Shown piece after piece: positions 1 through 9,791 of a DNA stretch of 64,000 bases; positions within the stretch are counted from its first letter, which is position 1, and every line of letters starts with the position of its first letter. The stretch is from a virus. The stretch covers positions 9,110 to 73,109 of the IMG/VR virus record IMGVR_UViG_3300029893_000003. One strand, written 5' to 3'. Both the position numbers and the translations under genes were made by a program. The notes beneath the pieces are model-generated. The model was not told the DNA's origin. It saw nothing but the letters and a program-made list of their open reading frames with translations, and did not search any database.

Positions 1-142
1 CGATACTAGTCACATCTCCCTGACCATAATCAAGAGAGCCAGCAACCGCAAACCCATGAAACATAGGCGCGTGATCGTGTCTGGCTCGAAATTGGATCGT
101 GAAGATACGACTACTACCAGACTTTACAATTGTATCAGCCAT
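1..142 (-). CDS. Partial CDS running off the window edge (MADTIVKSGSSRIFTIQFRARHDHAP...), probably the N-terminus of a tail tube/structural protein
   Basis: ATG at 142 preceded by GGAG; open frame to the edge; lies downstream of the head-completion genes. Confidence 0.4.
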   Translation of the reverse strand, partial: MADTIVKSGSSRIFTIQFRARHDHAPMFHGFAVAGSLDYGQGDVTSI

Positions 143-450
143 TACCTATCTCCGTAGTAAGCCTGTTGGAACACACCAATAATTTGAAATATAGAAAGCT
201 TGAGTCCCAACGACTTGAGTAACTGCATTAACTCTTTTCGTCTCCCTAGTAGGGCAGGAGCATTGTACATCCCCTTCTCTACCAGCCCGTTATGTAGCCT
301 TTTGGTGTCTTCTTGTGACAGCCCCAAAACTGACAAATCGGGTGGTCCAGCTACAGGATATGCTAGTGGGCTTTGTCCTTCCTTTAGACTGTCAGGAACA
401 ATAGCAACCCACATAAATCCTTCGTTATCAGTATATATCATGTGCTTCAT
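142..450 (-). CDS. Hypothetical phage protein (102 aa)
   Basis: ORF tightly packed in the minus-strand operon; stop overlaps the next ATG. Confidence 0.7.
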   Translation of the reverse strand: MKHMIYTDNEGFMWVAIVPDSLKEGQSPLAYPVAGPPDLSVLGLSQEDTKRLHNGLVEKGMYNAPALLGRRKELMQLLKSLGLKLSIFQIIGVFQQAYYGDR

Positions 451-462
451 TAAGAAAAACTC

Positions 463-1692
463 CTAAGAAGTAAGTGGTGGTATAACTCTCCGCACCCCAT
501 CAGCATGAACCTGCGAGTAAAGATGGATAGCGGCGGTTGTTGTTCCAAACGGATTATGAAGAAGGGCATAAGGAAGCGTATAACTTCCGTCTCTTGTATT
601 ACGAGAACGGTCCTCAATCTGTTTCTTCCATATATTATGTGTGTTGGAACAGCCACAAATTTCTGTATCTAAGAAAGTCAAAGCGTAATAAACAATTGCC
701 CGTTCCCATTCGGGACTCATCTGGCGGGTGGGCATGGGGAGATCATTATTTACCAGCCCTGCCCTATAGTTGATTGTTGTACGAACTGGCCTACCTGCAA
801 TGGTACAGCCTAGATTAGTATAGGTTCCTGTCTTTTCATCCCACGTCCCTGTTTGATAGGTTAACAATCCTAGACGACTATCTTTTATAGTCATACAACC
901 TGTTTGAGTAGACTCAGTACAAGGCCCATCACAAGGAACAGGAGTATAGTAAAAGGTTACTTGCTGAGAGGGATCAGTCCATACACGATAAACATCTACT
1001 GAAACCTCATAGTTGCCCGGATCATCCCCATTAATGACTAGCGGCTCCCCGCGCACATCTACCATACGAGATACAAGCGTTCTGAGCGGGACTAGGTAAC
1101 GTGGAAATTCAATCGTTGCAATCCCCTCTGTAATCTCAATACTTTTAACAGGACGAATCTCTGAAGTATCTGCCCCGTTGGTGCCTGTGAAATAGATATA
1201 GAGTTCTTCCGGATCTGTTACGTCTGTTGCAACGGAAACTTGTGCTATTTCTTCAAACCCATCCCCATCGTAGTCAACAAAGGCGATTGGTACATCTTCT
1301 TGAACAAGTGTCTTTGTCTTTTTACCAGGGGCATACACATAACCATATCCCGATAAAAGAGACTTTGGTTTGCCTAGTGCATTATAGAGCGAAGTAGTCT
1401 CCGGTCGATAGTGCGTAGGCAAATGGACTTCTTCTTCAGTAACCCAATCAAGCACAGGAAACCAATTAAGCTGTCGGATTGTAACCTGCTCTGCCTGCCG
1501 CAAGGCATTGGCTAGACTTTCCCTTGACACCTTTCCGGCGTTTTGATAGTCATACTGAAACCATATATCATCACATGACTCATAGGCAGGTCGATGGCTG
1601 GTGACGATACCGTTGAAATGGTATGGATCGATACCCAGGTGGTATGCCACCCGATCCAGCGGAATGAGTGTTCTTGTGTCTGCCCAAGCCAT
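463..1692 (-). CDS. Putative virion structural protein (head-tail adaptor/neck-like)
   Basis: Likely start MAWADTRT at 1692, coupled to the upstream stop; about 409 aa; position in the late operon; no catalytic motif recognised. Confidence 0.5.
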   Translation of the reverse strand: MAWADTRTLIPLDRVAYHLGIDPYHFNGIVTSHRPAYESCDDIWFQYDYQNAGKVSRESLANALRQAEQVTIRQLNWFPVLDWVTEEEVHLPTHYRPETTSLYNALGKPKSLLSGYGYVYAPGKKTKTLVQEDVPIAFVDYDGDGFEEIAQVSVATDVTDPEELYIYFTGTNGADTSEIRPVKSIEITEGIATIEFPRYLVPLRTLVSRMVDVRGEPLVINGDDPGNYEVSVDVYRVWTDPSQQVTFYYTPVPCDGPCTESTQTGCMTIKDSRLGLLTYQTGTWDEKTGTYTNLGCTIAGRPVRTTINYRAGLVNNDLPMPTRQMSPEWERAIVYYALTFLDTEICGCSNTHNIWKKQIEDRSRNTRDGSYTLPYALLHNPFGTTTAAIHLYSQVHADGVRRVIPPLTS

Positions 1693-1982
1693 TAGACTAA
1701 TCTTTCTATTAAAATAGCTACCGTACTTGCTGCTAGTATATATAAAACAGGTGGGAAAATGAAATAGGTAAGCGTACAAAGAAGAGCAACCCACACGCTT
1801 AGGCACCAAAAACAGGAAAACAGTTCTCCTACAAAGTTGTCAGGATATTCTGTTACCTCTAACGTACTATCCCACTTCCCACCTGCCAGCCGCCTAACAA
1901 AACGGGCAATACCCTCTCGATGAATAATACTTGTTAGACGCCACGTAGCTAATGCTACTATCAAAGCATCTAACGATTCCAT
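1692..1982 (-). CDS. DUF1360-like small membrane protein
   Basis: ALATWRLT...C.WC.SVWVA pattern and hydrophobic helices. Confidence 0.55.
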   Translation of the reverse strand: MESLDALIVALATWRLTSIIHREGIARFVRRLAGGKWDSTLEVTEYPDNFVGELFSCFWCLSVWVALLCTLTYFIFPPVLYILAASTVAILIERLV

Positions 1983-4822
1983 TTCTTAACCGCTTCACGA
2001 ATCTGTGCCAGCCGAGAATCACCAATTCCCTTAATCGAAAGAAGTTCTGCATCAGACGCTTGCGACACCTGAAAGATATGGGTGTAATTCCGCCCCAAAA
2101 TCGTAATTACTTCTTCCGGCAGGTCTAGCTGGTCAATCTTTGCAGTATGAACGTCCTTCTGAGCAGACGGCTCTTTGAGAACTTCGTTAGTTGGCGCTAT
2201 AGGGGCCTCTTCCTGTTTAATGGTAACTGTTTGTGCAGGTCTGTGAGGCTGCTCCTCTGCCAAAACCAAATCCGGCGAAGACGTGAGCCATTCTACATCT
2301 TCAGGAAATACATTAATGAGTGTATCAACCCCACCAATCCGATACGTAACCCCCCTGTGTGATCGAGAAGGAATACGCCGAAATTGTTTTTGCTTGCCTA
2401 CATAACGTAGTGTAACCATCGAATCCCCCGATACTACAGACATAGTTTTAATAGTTGTACTTTTAGGAACAACCACAGTGGACTTCTTTCCACCACAGCT
2501 TTTGCACATATCATTTCCTTTTAACACATCAGAAATTAAATTAGCAAATTTATTACGTACATATTGTACCAAAGATGATGATTTTTCAAAATTATCCTCG
2601 CGCCGCATCCCGCTTTTCATGTTGTAGTAGAATAGTGGAGAGGCAATTCTTGTACCACAAATGCCCCTCTCCAACAGGGAAAGATGGAAAATCCAATCTT
2701 CCCAACCGGGAGCCTTTTGATCAAACCCCACTGCTTGCACATCTGCCGTTCTGTAAATGCCCGTAATAGCAGAAATGCTTTTACGAACTAGCCGTTCAGA
2801 ACTCCACTCTTCAGACGGTTGTTTAACTAATGTGCCGTTATTATCTTTGTATAGCCAGTCAGAATAGTACCAACCACAATTACTCCCCTCTATAGCAGCC
2901 AGGAAAATGTCTATTGCTTGTGGTTCTAATAGATCATCAGCATCCAAGAAAACAATATATTTCCCTCTTGCTGCCATAATCCCCTCATTACGAGCTTCGG
3001 CTACCCCACTGAGTTTGCCCTTATCAATAAGGGTCACAAAAGGAAACCCATTTAAATAATAGTCTAAAGGCTCTCCGGTATCATTAACAACTATTACTTC
3101 CCATTCTTCATTGGTTTGGGCCAGCAGACTATCCAAAGCCCCCTGCAAATAAGGACCATGCTTAGGTCCAACAGGGATTACAACCGATACTTTTGGATCA
3201 GAGTAGGCGGCTATTGGATAGCCAAAACCTTCATACTCAGTTGCTCCGGCAGGCATCAGTAAATCATTCTTACGCCAGGGAAACCAAGCCGTCCAATCCT
3301 CTCCCTGATTACTGTTACTTAAAGACTCTCTACGAATCCTATACAACAAGGTAGGATTTGAAGTAACCTGCTTTGCAGTACAGTTATATGAAAGTGCCCT
3401 CGTCCAAAAATCCGCATCTTCTACCCCGGTTCTAATTCTCCGCCGATACCCCCCAACAATCTCCCATACCTTACGACGATACATACTAGAATACATCAAC
3501 TGGTTACGCCGATTTAGTTGTTGTCGCAGACTTGTAGTAGCAGGGGGCCATTGTGAAACAAATGTCTTTCCTGTTTCATCAAACACCTGCATAGCCCCAT
3601 ATGCAATAGAGAGGGAACGATCCTCGTCAAGTGCCTTAGAAAGAATTTTAACCGCACCAGGAGCAAGACGATCATCGGCGTCTAAGGGTAGAATATATTT
3701 TCCTTTTGCTGCACGAATACCTATATTCCTGGCTTCTGCTACATGAACATTTTGTTCTAACGCAATTAAACGAATCTTATCTTTATAAGACTCTATAATT
3801 TCTAATGAGTTATCCGTAGAAGCATCATCCACTACAATCACTTCCCGATCCTCTTGTTCTAGAGCAGAATCAATAGCCTCTCCTACAAACTTTCCGAGGT
3901 TGTGATTGGTAATGATGATGGAAGTTTTGACTTCCGGTTTGTTGCTTATAGCTTCTTCGTACACAGTTCCATATTCTAAAGCAACGTCCTTCCACTGATA
4001 ACGATCTATAACTACCTGCCGAGCCGCTGCTCCTAGTCTTTCACGATGTTCGTAACAATATCTAATACCACGAATCATATCTCCGAAGGAGTCTGCTACA
4101 TAGCCCGTTTCTTTGTGGACAATTACCTCAGCAGTTCCCCCATCATTCCATGTCAGTACAGGTACCCCACAAGCCATTGCTTCCAACACACCGAAACAAG
4201 GGCCACCTGTTTCTTTGGCAGTGGCGAGATAAACTGCTGCCCCTTGTACCAGCCTCTTCATTTCTTGTGGAGTCTGTTTGCCAACTACTTTAACATTAGG
4301 GGCCTTATTTCCAAACGTAGTAACAAAAGTAGTTCCTGGAAAATGAGTTGCTAAGTCATTTACGATCTTTGGATCGCAAGCTATATCTGCCCTAGCTTTA
4401 TTCCACAACACATAGCGCCCATTCTCTCCTGGTACCCACTCATCTGTATCTATGCCATGATGAACCAACCGAGGAGAGAATAAGAAATTCCTCTCTATGG
4501 CATACTGTACCCAACGAGAAGGGACCGTTACCAAGTCTGCCATACGGAAAGCATCAATGATACTTCTATTTAAATGTGCGGTCCACCTTGCCCATCCCGG
4601 TTGATCTTTCGTCCAGTATAGTCCATGATTGCTTAGAACAATAGGAATATCTTTTGGATAAGAAGCTGGAAAGTTTGCTATATGAACATTTAGTACATCT
4701 GCTTTAAACGGATCATCAACTACCTCAATTCCCACACGCGGGAGCCAAGTGTGCTGTCCTTGTATGACACGATAAATACCGTCATTACCGTTCGGTATAG
4801 AGGGGGAAATATAAACCTTCAT
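1970..4822 (-). CDS. Multidomain glycosyltransferase: GT-B (GT4-like) + GT2 + GT2 + C-terminal helix-hairpin-helix domain
   Basis: GT4 motif ETGGPCFGVLEAMACGVP; two GT2 domains (VVDDASTD...LDADD; VVNDTG...LDADD); HhH LLSIKGIGDSRL at the C-terminus. Confidence 0.9.
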   Translation of the reverse strand: MKVYISPSIPNGNDGIYRVIQGQHTWLPRVGIEVVDDPFKADVLNVHIANFPASYPKDIPIVLSNHGLYWTKDQPGWARWTAHLNRSIIDAFRMADLVTVPSRWVQYAIERNFLFSPRLVHHGIDTDEWVPGENGRYVLWNKARADIACDPKIVNDLATHFPGTTFVTTFGNKAPNVKVVGKQTPQEMKRLVQGAAVYLATAKETGGPCFGVLEAMACGVPVLTWNDGGTAEVIVHKETGYVADSFGDMIRGIRYCYEHRERLGAAARQVVIDRYQWKDVALEYGTVYEEAISNKPEVKTSIIITNHNLGKFVGEAIDSALEQEDREVIVVDDASTDNSLEIIESYKDKIRLIALEQNVHVAEARNIGIRAAKGKYILPLDADDRLAPGAVKILSKALDEDRSLSIAYGAMQVFDETGKTFVSQWPPATTSLRQQLNRRNQLMYSSMYRRKVWEIVGGYRRRIRTGVEDADFWTRALSYNCTAKQVTSNPTLLYRIRRESLSNSNQGEDWTAWFPWRKNDLLMPAGATEYEGFGYPIAAYSDPKVSVVIPVGPKHGPYLQGALDSLLAQTNEEWEVIVVNDTGEPLDYYLNGFPFVTLIDKGKLSGVAEARNEGIMAARGKYIVFLDADDLLEPQAIDIFLAAIEGSNCGWYYSDWLYKDNNGTLVKQPSEEWSSERLVRKSISAITGIYRTADVQAVGFDQKAPGWEDWIFHLSLLERGICGTRIASPLFYYNMKSGMRREDNFEKSSSLVQYVRNKFANLISDVLKGNDMCKSCGGKKSTVVVPKSTTIKTMSVVSGDSMVTLRYVGKQKQFRRIPSRSHRGVTYRIGGVDTLINVFPEDVEWLTSSPDLVLAEEQPHRPAQTVTIKQEEAPIAPTNEVLKEPSAQKDVHTAKIDQLDLPEEVITILGRNYTHIFQVSQASDAELLSIKGIGDSRLAQIREAVKKWNR

Positions 4823-4824
4823 AG

Positions 4825-5511
4825 CTAGCCTACATCGGGAGCGACAGAGTTAAGCGAATAGTCCATACCTATGTTCTTAAAGGGAGAACATTGAAAATGA
4901 AAGGGCATATTACCAGGCCACAAGATTTCGGGTGCGTTATGCGTGTCGTTATACCGTTTGCACATTTCTAGTTCTTCTTCACCAGGAGAGACACCTTCTT
5001 GATGGTATCCCACGCTGTTGTAAAACCGTTCATGCCGGAAAGAACACTGACCGGAATAGACATAGACACCTGATCCTTGTTCTAACTTTAGGTATGTCAT
5101 GCTACTATACCCAACAAACGACGCTTTCATATCCGTAGACAGGTATCCACAACGAATTATACCAACAGACGGCTGTGTTAACAAAGTGTCTACATAAGGA
5201 TCAACATTAAGCGGCTCTACTAATACCCAATCATCTTCTGTCATAAAGACTATTGGCGAAACTAAAAACGCCTGCTTTAGTGCTAGGTTCTTCGATACAC
5301 CCACCCCACGACGATTCGCATTTGTAACAATAACCCTCTCTTGTGTGTCTATCAAAGAGGTTAGCTGATCGACATACCCATCAGGACTACCATCATCAGC
5401 AATAATCCATACCCGGTTCCCATATTTTAGGTTCTCTTTCAAAGAGAGCAAAGTTTGGGTAGCTGTGTGTAACCGATTATATGTTGTGATAATAATGCTT
5501 AGAGGTTCCAT
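4825..5511 (-). CDS. Family 2 glycosyltransferase
   Basis: SIIITTYNR, IADDGSPD, MTEDDW motifs. Confidence 0.85.
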   Translation of the reverse strand: MEPLSIIITTYNRLHTATQTLLSLKENLKYGNRVWIIADDGSPDGYVDQLTSLIDTQERVIVTNANRRGVGVSKNLALKQAFLVSPIVFMTEDDWVLVEPLNVDPYVDTLLTQPSVGIIRCGYLSTDMKASFVGYSSMTYLKLEQGSGVYVYSGQCSFRHERFYNSVGYHQEGVSPGEEELEMCKRYNDTHNAPEILWPGNMPFHFQCSPFKNIGMDYSLNSVAPDVG

Positions 5512-7572
5512 CTATACTCCATATAAAGCGTGTGTCGTGTCCAACATCTCTAGCAGTTCTTTGGCAGACAAAAACCTGCTAGGTTTGTCGCTGGTATACG
5601 AAAACGGCGCACTCTCGTTCCTAAATGAAGACGTGGGTGGGTGGATAAGATAGAAATTACCCTTATCTTCTGTATAAAAGGATTCCGCCTCGCTAACCAT
5701 TCCTTCATGGATTTTTTCGCCAGGACGCAAACCTATATCCACTATTGCTAAATCTTGTGCGAACTCCTTAGCAAAATCAATCATTAAAATACTAGGAGCC
5801 TTTGGAACCAATATAACTCCCGGCTCGGTTTGTAGGGACATAAGGACTTGATTAATGGCTTCATCTATTGACAGAAAGAAACGAGTCATACGACGATCTG
5901 TGATTGTAATCGGTCCACCAACCTTAGCCTGATGTTCCCACAAAACTGCCACAGACTGATTAGAAGCCAGCACGTTACCATAACGAGTAATATGGAAACT
6001 GGTAGCTCCATACTTATTAGCATCTTGAAACACATACTCTACCATCTTCTTGCCAACACCATAGGCGTTTTCAGGCGAACAATTATGTACTACCACACTA
6101 CCCGACACAAAAGTATGCGTATCTTCTACGTCAATACAATATACATCTCTTGATGGAGCTTTATATTCATTAAGAATGGGAGTATCTATATAACGTTCTG
6201 CTGTTCCTAAATCCCAAAAAGTAGGATCGTAATCTATATAGTCAATTTTATTAGACATTTCAGGCAATATTCCTGGTCTAATAAAATTGAATAGAGATTG
6301 AGTACCCTCAACAGTAAATCTAAGTTCAGGATAATATTTTCCGGCTACTTTAACTAATAAATAATTACACTCAAATCCCCTGTTTGTTAAAAACTCACAT
6401 AACCAAATAACTTCTTCCTCAGTAAACCCATGAGTAGCTAGACGCGCAGATGGTCTAGAGTTCCCCCCGTTATTATGACTAATACATCCATCATCCATAA
6501 ACCAAGCTGCCATAAGATAGGGAGAAAAATATTTTTCTAGTAAATGCTTGGGAACTATTTTCGCTTTATCCGAATAAAATGCCTCTCTTAGGTTTCCTAG
6601 TGTTGCATAGGCTCTGGAAGAGGATTTACAGAAATTATTTTTTCCCTTTTTACTTCTCGTTTTAATTTCGCTAAAAGTAAACCCCCGCAGGGCTGCTGTT
6701 TTCGTTTCTAGCCACTGTCGTTGTCTCTCCGAATGACCAATAGTCAGCCGACTGCGGCGACTTTGTGTTAGGCTGCTATCGCCTAATAAAGTACCTACAA
6801 GTAGTCCATACTGTTTAAAGTTTGGTTCTGGTTCATTAGTTATTATAAAATGATTGTCTGTTAAACTACCGGCAGGAATCCATCCTTTGGTTGTCAGAAT
6901 AAGATGATCTTCTGTAACTATAGTACCAGACAACTTACCCACATGCAGATATGCTCTACGGTAAGTAAGTCTATATCTTTTCCTGCCATCCAATTTATTT
7001 TTGTACCACCCCACCACTCGCCCTAACTTCTGTTCCCCCGTATTAGGATCAATAGTAACTACTTCGCCATCATAACGTTCTTTAACCAACTCGCCTATTG
7101 GCTTAGAGGTTCCGTCTGCCAACAAAACCCTAGCGTGCCAATCAAGACAGGCTTTGTCGGTGCTTGTCGTAACGACCTGAGACACTCCCATATCAATTGC
7201 GGCCTCAACAACCTGCTGAGAACCGTAGATATTTGTTTCTATCGTAGCAGCAATGTTGTTTTGAGCAGAGGGTACCTGTTTATAGGCAGCAAAGTGCATT
7301 ACTATGTCAACACCGCGCATGGCCCGTTTGAGATCATTATAACGAGTTATGTCTCCCAACACATATTGGTGTTCAGGAAACTTTTGACGAAGGATGCTTT
7401 GCTTTGTTTCGTCACGCGAAAAAATTACAAACTCTGCTCCCCAAGAATTTCGTCGGGCGCGAGTAAGCACAGCCTTTCCGAGAGTACCCGTTCCGCCAGT
7501 AATTAGTATTTTTTTACCTTCCAACATCTTCCCGTAAGGATCAGAATTTGTTATCCAGGTTTCCATCATCAT
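5512..7572 (-). CDS. UDP-N-acetylglucosamine 4,6-dehydratase (PseB/CapD-like SDR) interrupted by an intein
   Basis: ITGGTGTLG Rossmann motif, FSRDETKQ, HFAAYKQVP, STDKA|CSPENAYG, RYGNV, TDRRMTRF, GLRPGEKIHE. Confidence 0.85.
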   Translation of the reverse strand: MMMETWITNSDPYGKMLEGKKILITGGTGTLGKAVLTRARRNSWGAEFVIFSRDETKQSILRQKFPEHQYVLGDITRYNDLKRAMRGVDIVMHFAAYKQVPSAQNNIAATIETNIYGSQQVVEAAIDMGVSQVVTTSTDKACLDWHARVLLADGTSKPIGELVKERYDGEVVTIDPNTGEQKLGRVVGWYKNKLDGRKRYRLTYRRAYLHVGKLSGTIVTEDHLILTTKGWIPAGSLTDNHFIITNEPEPNFKQYGLLVGTLLGDSSLTQSRRSRLTIGHSERQRQWLETKTAALRGFTFSEIKTRSKKGKNNFCKSSSRAYATLGNLREAFYSDKAKIVPKHLLEKYFSPYLMAAWFMDDGCISHNNGGNSRPSARLATHGFTEEEVIWLCEFLTNRGFECNYLLVKVAGKYYPELRFTVEGTQSLFNFIRPGILPEMSNKIDYIDYDPTFWDLGTAERYIDTPILNEYKAPSRDVYCIDVEDTHTFVSGSVVVHNCSPENAYGVGKKMVEYVFQDANKYGATSFHITRYGNVLASNQSVAVLWEHQAKVGGPITITDRRMTRFFLSIDEAINQVLMSLQTEPGVILVPKAPSILMIDFAKEFAQDLAIVDIGLRPGEKIHEGMVSEAESFYTEDKGNFYLIHPPTSSFRNESAPFSYTSDKPSRFLSAKELLEMLDTTHALYGV
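6082..7149 (-). mobile_element. Intein with LAGLIDADG homing endonuclease (356 aa) in the dehydratase
   Basis: Starts CLDWHARV, ends VVVHN followed by Cys+1; LVGTLLGD and WFMDDG motifs; removal restores STDKACSP. Confidence 0.9.
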
Positions 7573-7588
7573 TCCTTATACAACAAAA

Positions 7589-7632
7589 GGGGTTACTGTA
7601 ATAATAGTATCACAGTAACCCAATCTTGTCAA
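7589..7632 (-). promoter_or_regulatory. Sigma70-type promoter for the glycosylation operon, overlapping the intrinsic terminator of the upstream gene
   Basis: Minus-strand TTGACA (7632-7627), 17 bp, TACTAT (7609-7604); inverted repeat GGGTTACTGT/ACAGTAACCC followed by TTTT. Confidence 0.7.
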
Positions 7633-7641
7633 GTATTTATT

Positions 7642-8826
7642 TTATTGTCCGTGAGTCCAGGTAGTATATCCCATCCCCTTACCTGGGGGGCCTATCGTAG
7701 TCTCAAAATCTGTACCTGCGTAGTAGTTCACTACATAAGGAATCCACATATCATCCCCACTTACAGGGAACTTGAACACTGGATCGTTTTGGCTAGCCTC
7801 TCCCAAACCATACACCATATTAAGTGCGCGAACAATTGCATTATCTCCTGCGTCAAAAGGCAACAAACCTGCTCGATGAAGAATGACAGCGGTTACAACA
7901 AGTCCTTGCAAACCTTCATGCATGTAACCGGACTTTGTGGGGGGCCATTTAAATTCCCCTCCCCTTCGCCAGTCTTCGGGCAAGACTCCACTCACAGAAA
8001 CGCCGTTGATAGTAGAGCCTTTTCGGTTTATTCCTGCCTTATTATCAGGATCAGCGTGCCACGTTGTGTTATCGTATTTAAATTTAGGATCGGGCACAGG
8101 CAGCCCTATCATTTCCTTTTGTGCATTAACCACGTCTTCTTTCCAATCGTCACGATCTAAATAGATAGCGGCAGCAGCCAAACTTGCCCTTGCATGTGCT
8201 CCCCAATTAGTCGCAGAATACAGGGCAGTTCCATACAACCCACTATCCCCTGGGGCAGAATGGTCAGGAATACCTGCTACAACTACTTCAGCCAACCACT
8301 CTTTAAAATCTGACTCAGTATACCCTATCAGATCAGCCGCTATTACGTAAGACTGCAATCCTCTAGACAGTTCCAACGAGCGATCAAGGCTGCTTTGCAT
8401 AGCGGATCGCAAACCTTCTACAACCTTGTTTCGCATATTAGCATCTTCTAGACGAACGGCTACCAAAGCGCCTGCCAGAGTCTTTACATCGTGCTGACTA
8501 TTATTATCCGCTAAATCAGCCCTTCCCCAATTGCTGTTAGCGGCCTCAAGAACCTGTTCCCAAGCTTTGCCCTCTGTAGGAAGCGCCATAATTTCTTCGG
8601 TAGACAACCAAATTCCCTCAGAAGTACCAGGAACTTCCGGTTCTTCGTCAGGCGGTTCTTCGTCAGGCGGAAGTTCTGGAATCTCATTCAACACATCTTC
8701 AATTGCAGTTACCCGATCTTCCAACCCCCTAACAGACGACTCTATTCTAGTTAGCGCCGCATCAATCTCGTCTAGCAAACTATTAATACGTTCAAATTCT
8801 TCTTCAGGAATTTCGAACAGTCCCAT
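7642..8826 (-). CDS. Protein with an N-terminal coiled coil/acidic Pro linker and an alpha-helical, alginate-lyase-like catalytic domain (tentative)
   Basis: Likely start MGLFEIP at 8826; heptad segment, PPDEEPPDEEP linker, TNWGAHARAS motif reminiscent of polysaccharide lyases. Confidence 0.4.
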   Translation of the reverse strand: MGLFEIPEEEFERINSLLDEIDAALTRIESSVRGLEDRVTAIEDVLNEIPELPPDEEPPDEEPEVPGTSEGIWLSTEEIMALPTEGKAWEQVLEAANSNWGRADLADNNSQHDVKTLAGALVAVRLEDANMRNKVVEGLRSAMQSSLDRSLELSRGLQSYVIAADLIGYTESDFKEWLAEVVVAGIPDHSAPGDSGLYGTALYSATNWGAHARASLAAAAIYLDRDDWKEDVVNAQKEMIGLPVPDPKFKYDNTTWHADPDNKAGINRKGSTINGVSVSGVLPEDWRRGGEFKWPPTKSGYMHEGLQGLVVTAVILHRAGLLPFDAGDNAIVRALNMVYGLGEASQNDPVFKFPVSGDDMWIPYVVNYYAGTDFETTIGPPGKGMGYTTWTHGQ

Positions 8827-8900
8827 TACACAATCTCCCACAATCCCTACTACCAACAATATATACATTATATCAAAAGTATCGCAGGCACTAAAGACTC

Positions 8901-8929
8901 TTGACAAATCCTAATTTTGCGCTTATAAT
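8901..8929 (+). promoter_or_regulatory. Consensus sigma70 promoter
   Basis: TTGACA-17 bp-TATAAT, exact consensus. Confidence 0.85.
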
Positions 8930-8952
8930 TAAGTGAAATAAGGAACGGGAAG

Positions 8953-9147
8953 ATGACAGCTAAACAGTTTTTATATGTGTTTATTGTTTTGCTTTTGATC
9001 ATAGCGTTTTTAGTGGGCATTACTGATGTTATTTTTGCTATTCTAGGATTCATGTTTGGCGGTGCTTTTATTATTTTAGACAGACAAGAAAAGATATGGG
9101 TTATGCGAATCAACACAGATGTTCACGAAAGGGGTAACGATGATTGA
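8953..9147 (+). CDS. Small membrane protein
   Basis: RBS-led 64-aa hydrophobic ORF downstream of the promoter. Confidence 0.6.
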   Translation: MTAKQFLYVFIVLLLIIAFLVGITDVIFAILGFMFGGAFIILDRQEKIWVMRINTDVHERGNDD

Positions 9148-9508
9148 CCAGTTGGAATGTCCCGTAGCAGCCCCCAAGCTGCTCAAGGCGAAATCAACTG
9201 TCGTGCTTTGCTCCAACTGCAAAGCGTGGATCACTCGCTATCCGACTTTTCTCGGATATGACGACATGGATCACTGTGAGCGATGCGGTTGCACCAGCGT
9301 CATTATGCGCGAGGGCCGTCCCTATGGTCCGAAATCGGGCTTGTGGGATTGGATCGTCGCTGAGTTTCGCGAAGTGTTCTCCCACCTCGACACGTGGGAG
9401 TTCGAGTCCGTTATCTGTGATCCGCCAATCGAGTCGCTCGACTGGAAGGCCATTGACGACTGGTTCAATGAAAACGACTTCCACCGTGCGCCTAGAACAG
9501 TGGAATAG
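9140..9508 (+). CDS. Hypothetical Cys-rich (zinc-ribbon-like) protein
   Basis: CSNC and CERCGC motifs. Confidence 0.55.
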   Translation: MIDQLECPVAAPKLLKAKSTVVLCSNCKAWITRYPTFLGYDDMDHCERCGCTSVIMREGRPYGPKSGLWDWIVAEFREVFSHLDTWEFESVICDPPIESLDWKAIDDWFNENDFHRAPRTVE

Positions 9509-9511
9509 GTT

Positions 9512-9763
9512 ATGCGAATAGGGGAACACGAAATGAACGCAGCAGAAATTGAACAAAAGCTTGAGCAGTTAGAGCGCAAGCTTGCCCAAGCAGAGTCGGA
9601 ACAAGAGAAACTAATCTCCATCATCATGCAAGAAACGGATGTATGCCTGTTTGGTGGCGGCGCTATGCGGGACGGACTCCCCCGCCGCAACAGTTGCCGC
9701 TTTGGGCATCCAGGCTGTGCGTGCGCTGATTGGATTGACGCGCACCGACCAGATAACGTATGA
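9512..9763 (+). CDS. Hypothetical protein
   Basis: ORF in the plus-strand cluster with coiled-coil N-terminus. Confidence 0.55.
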   Translation: MRIGEHEMNAAEIEQKLEQLERKLAQAESEQEKLISIIMQETDVCLFGGGAMRDGLPRRNSCRFGHPGCACADWIDAHRPDNV

Positions 9764-9791
9764 GAAGGCAGCTACCGGAAATCTATAGGAG

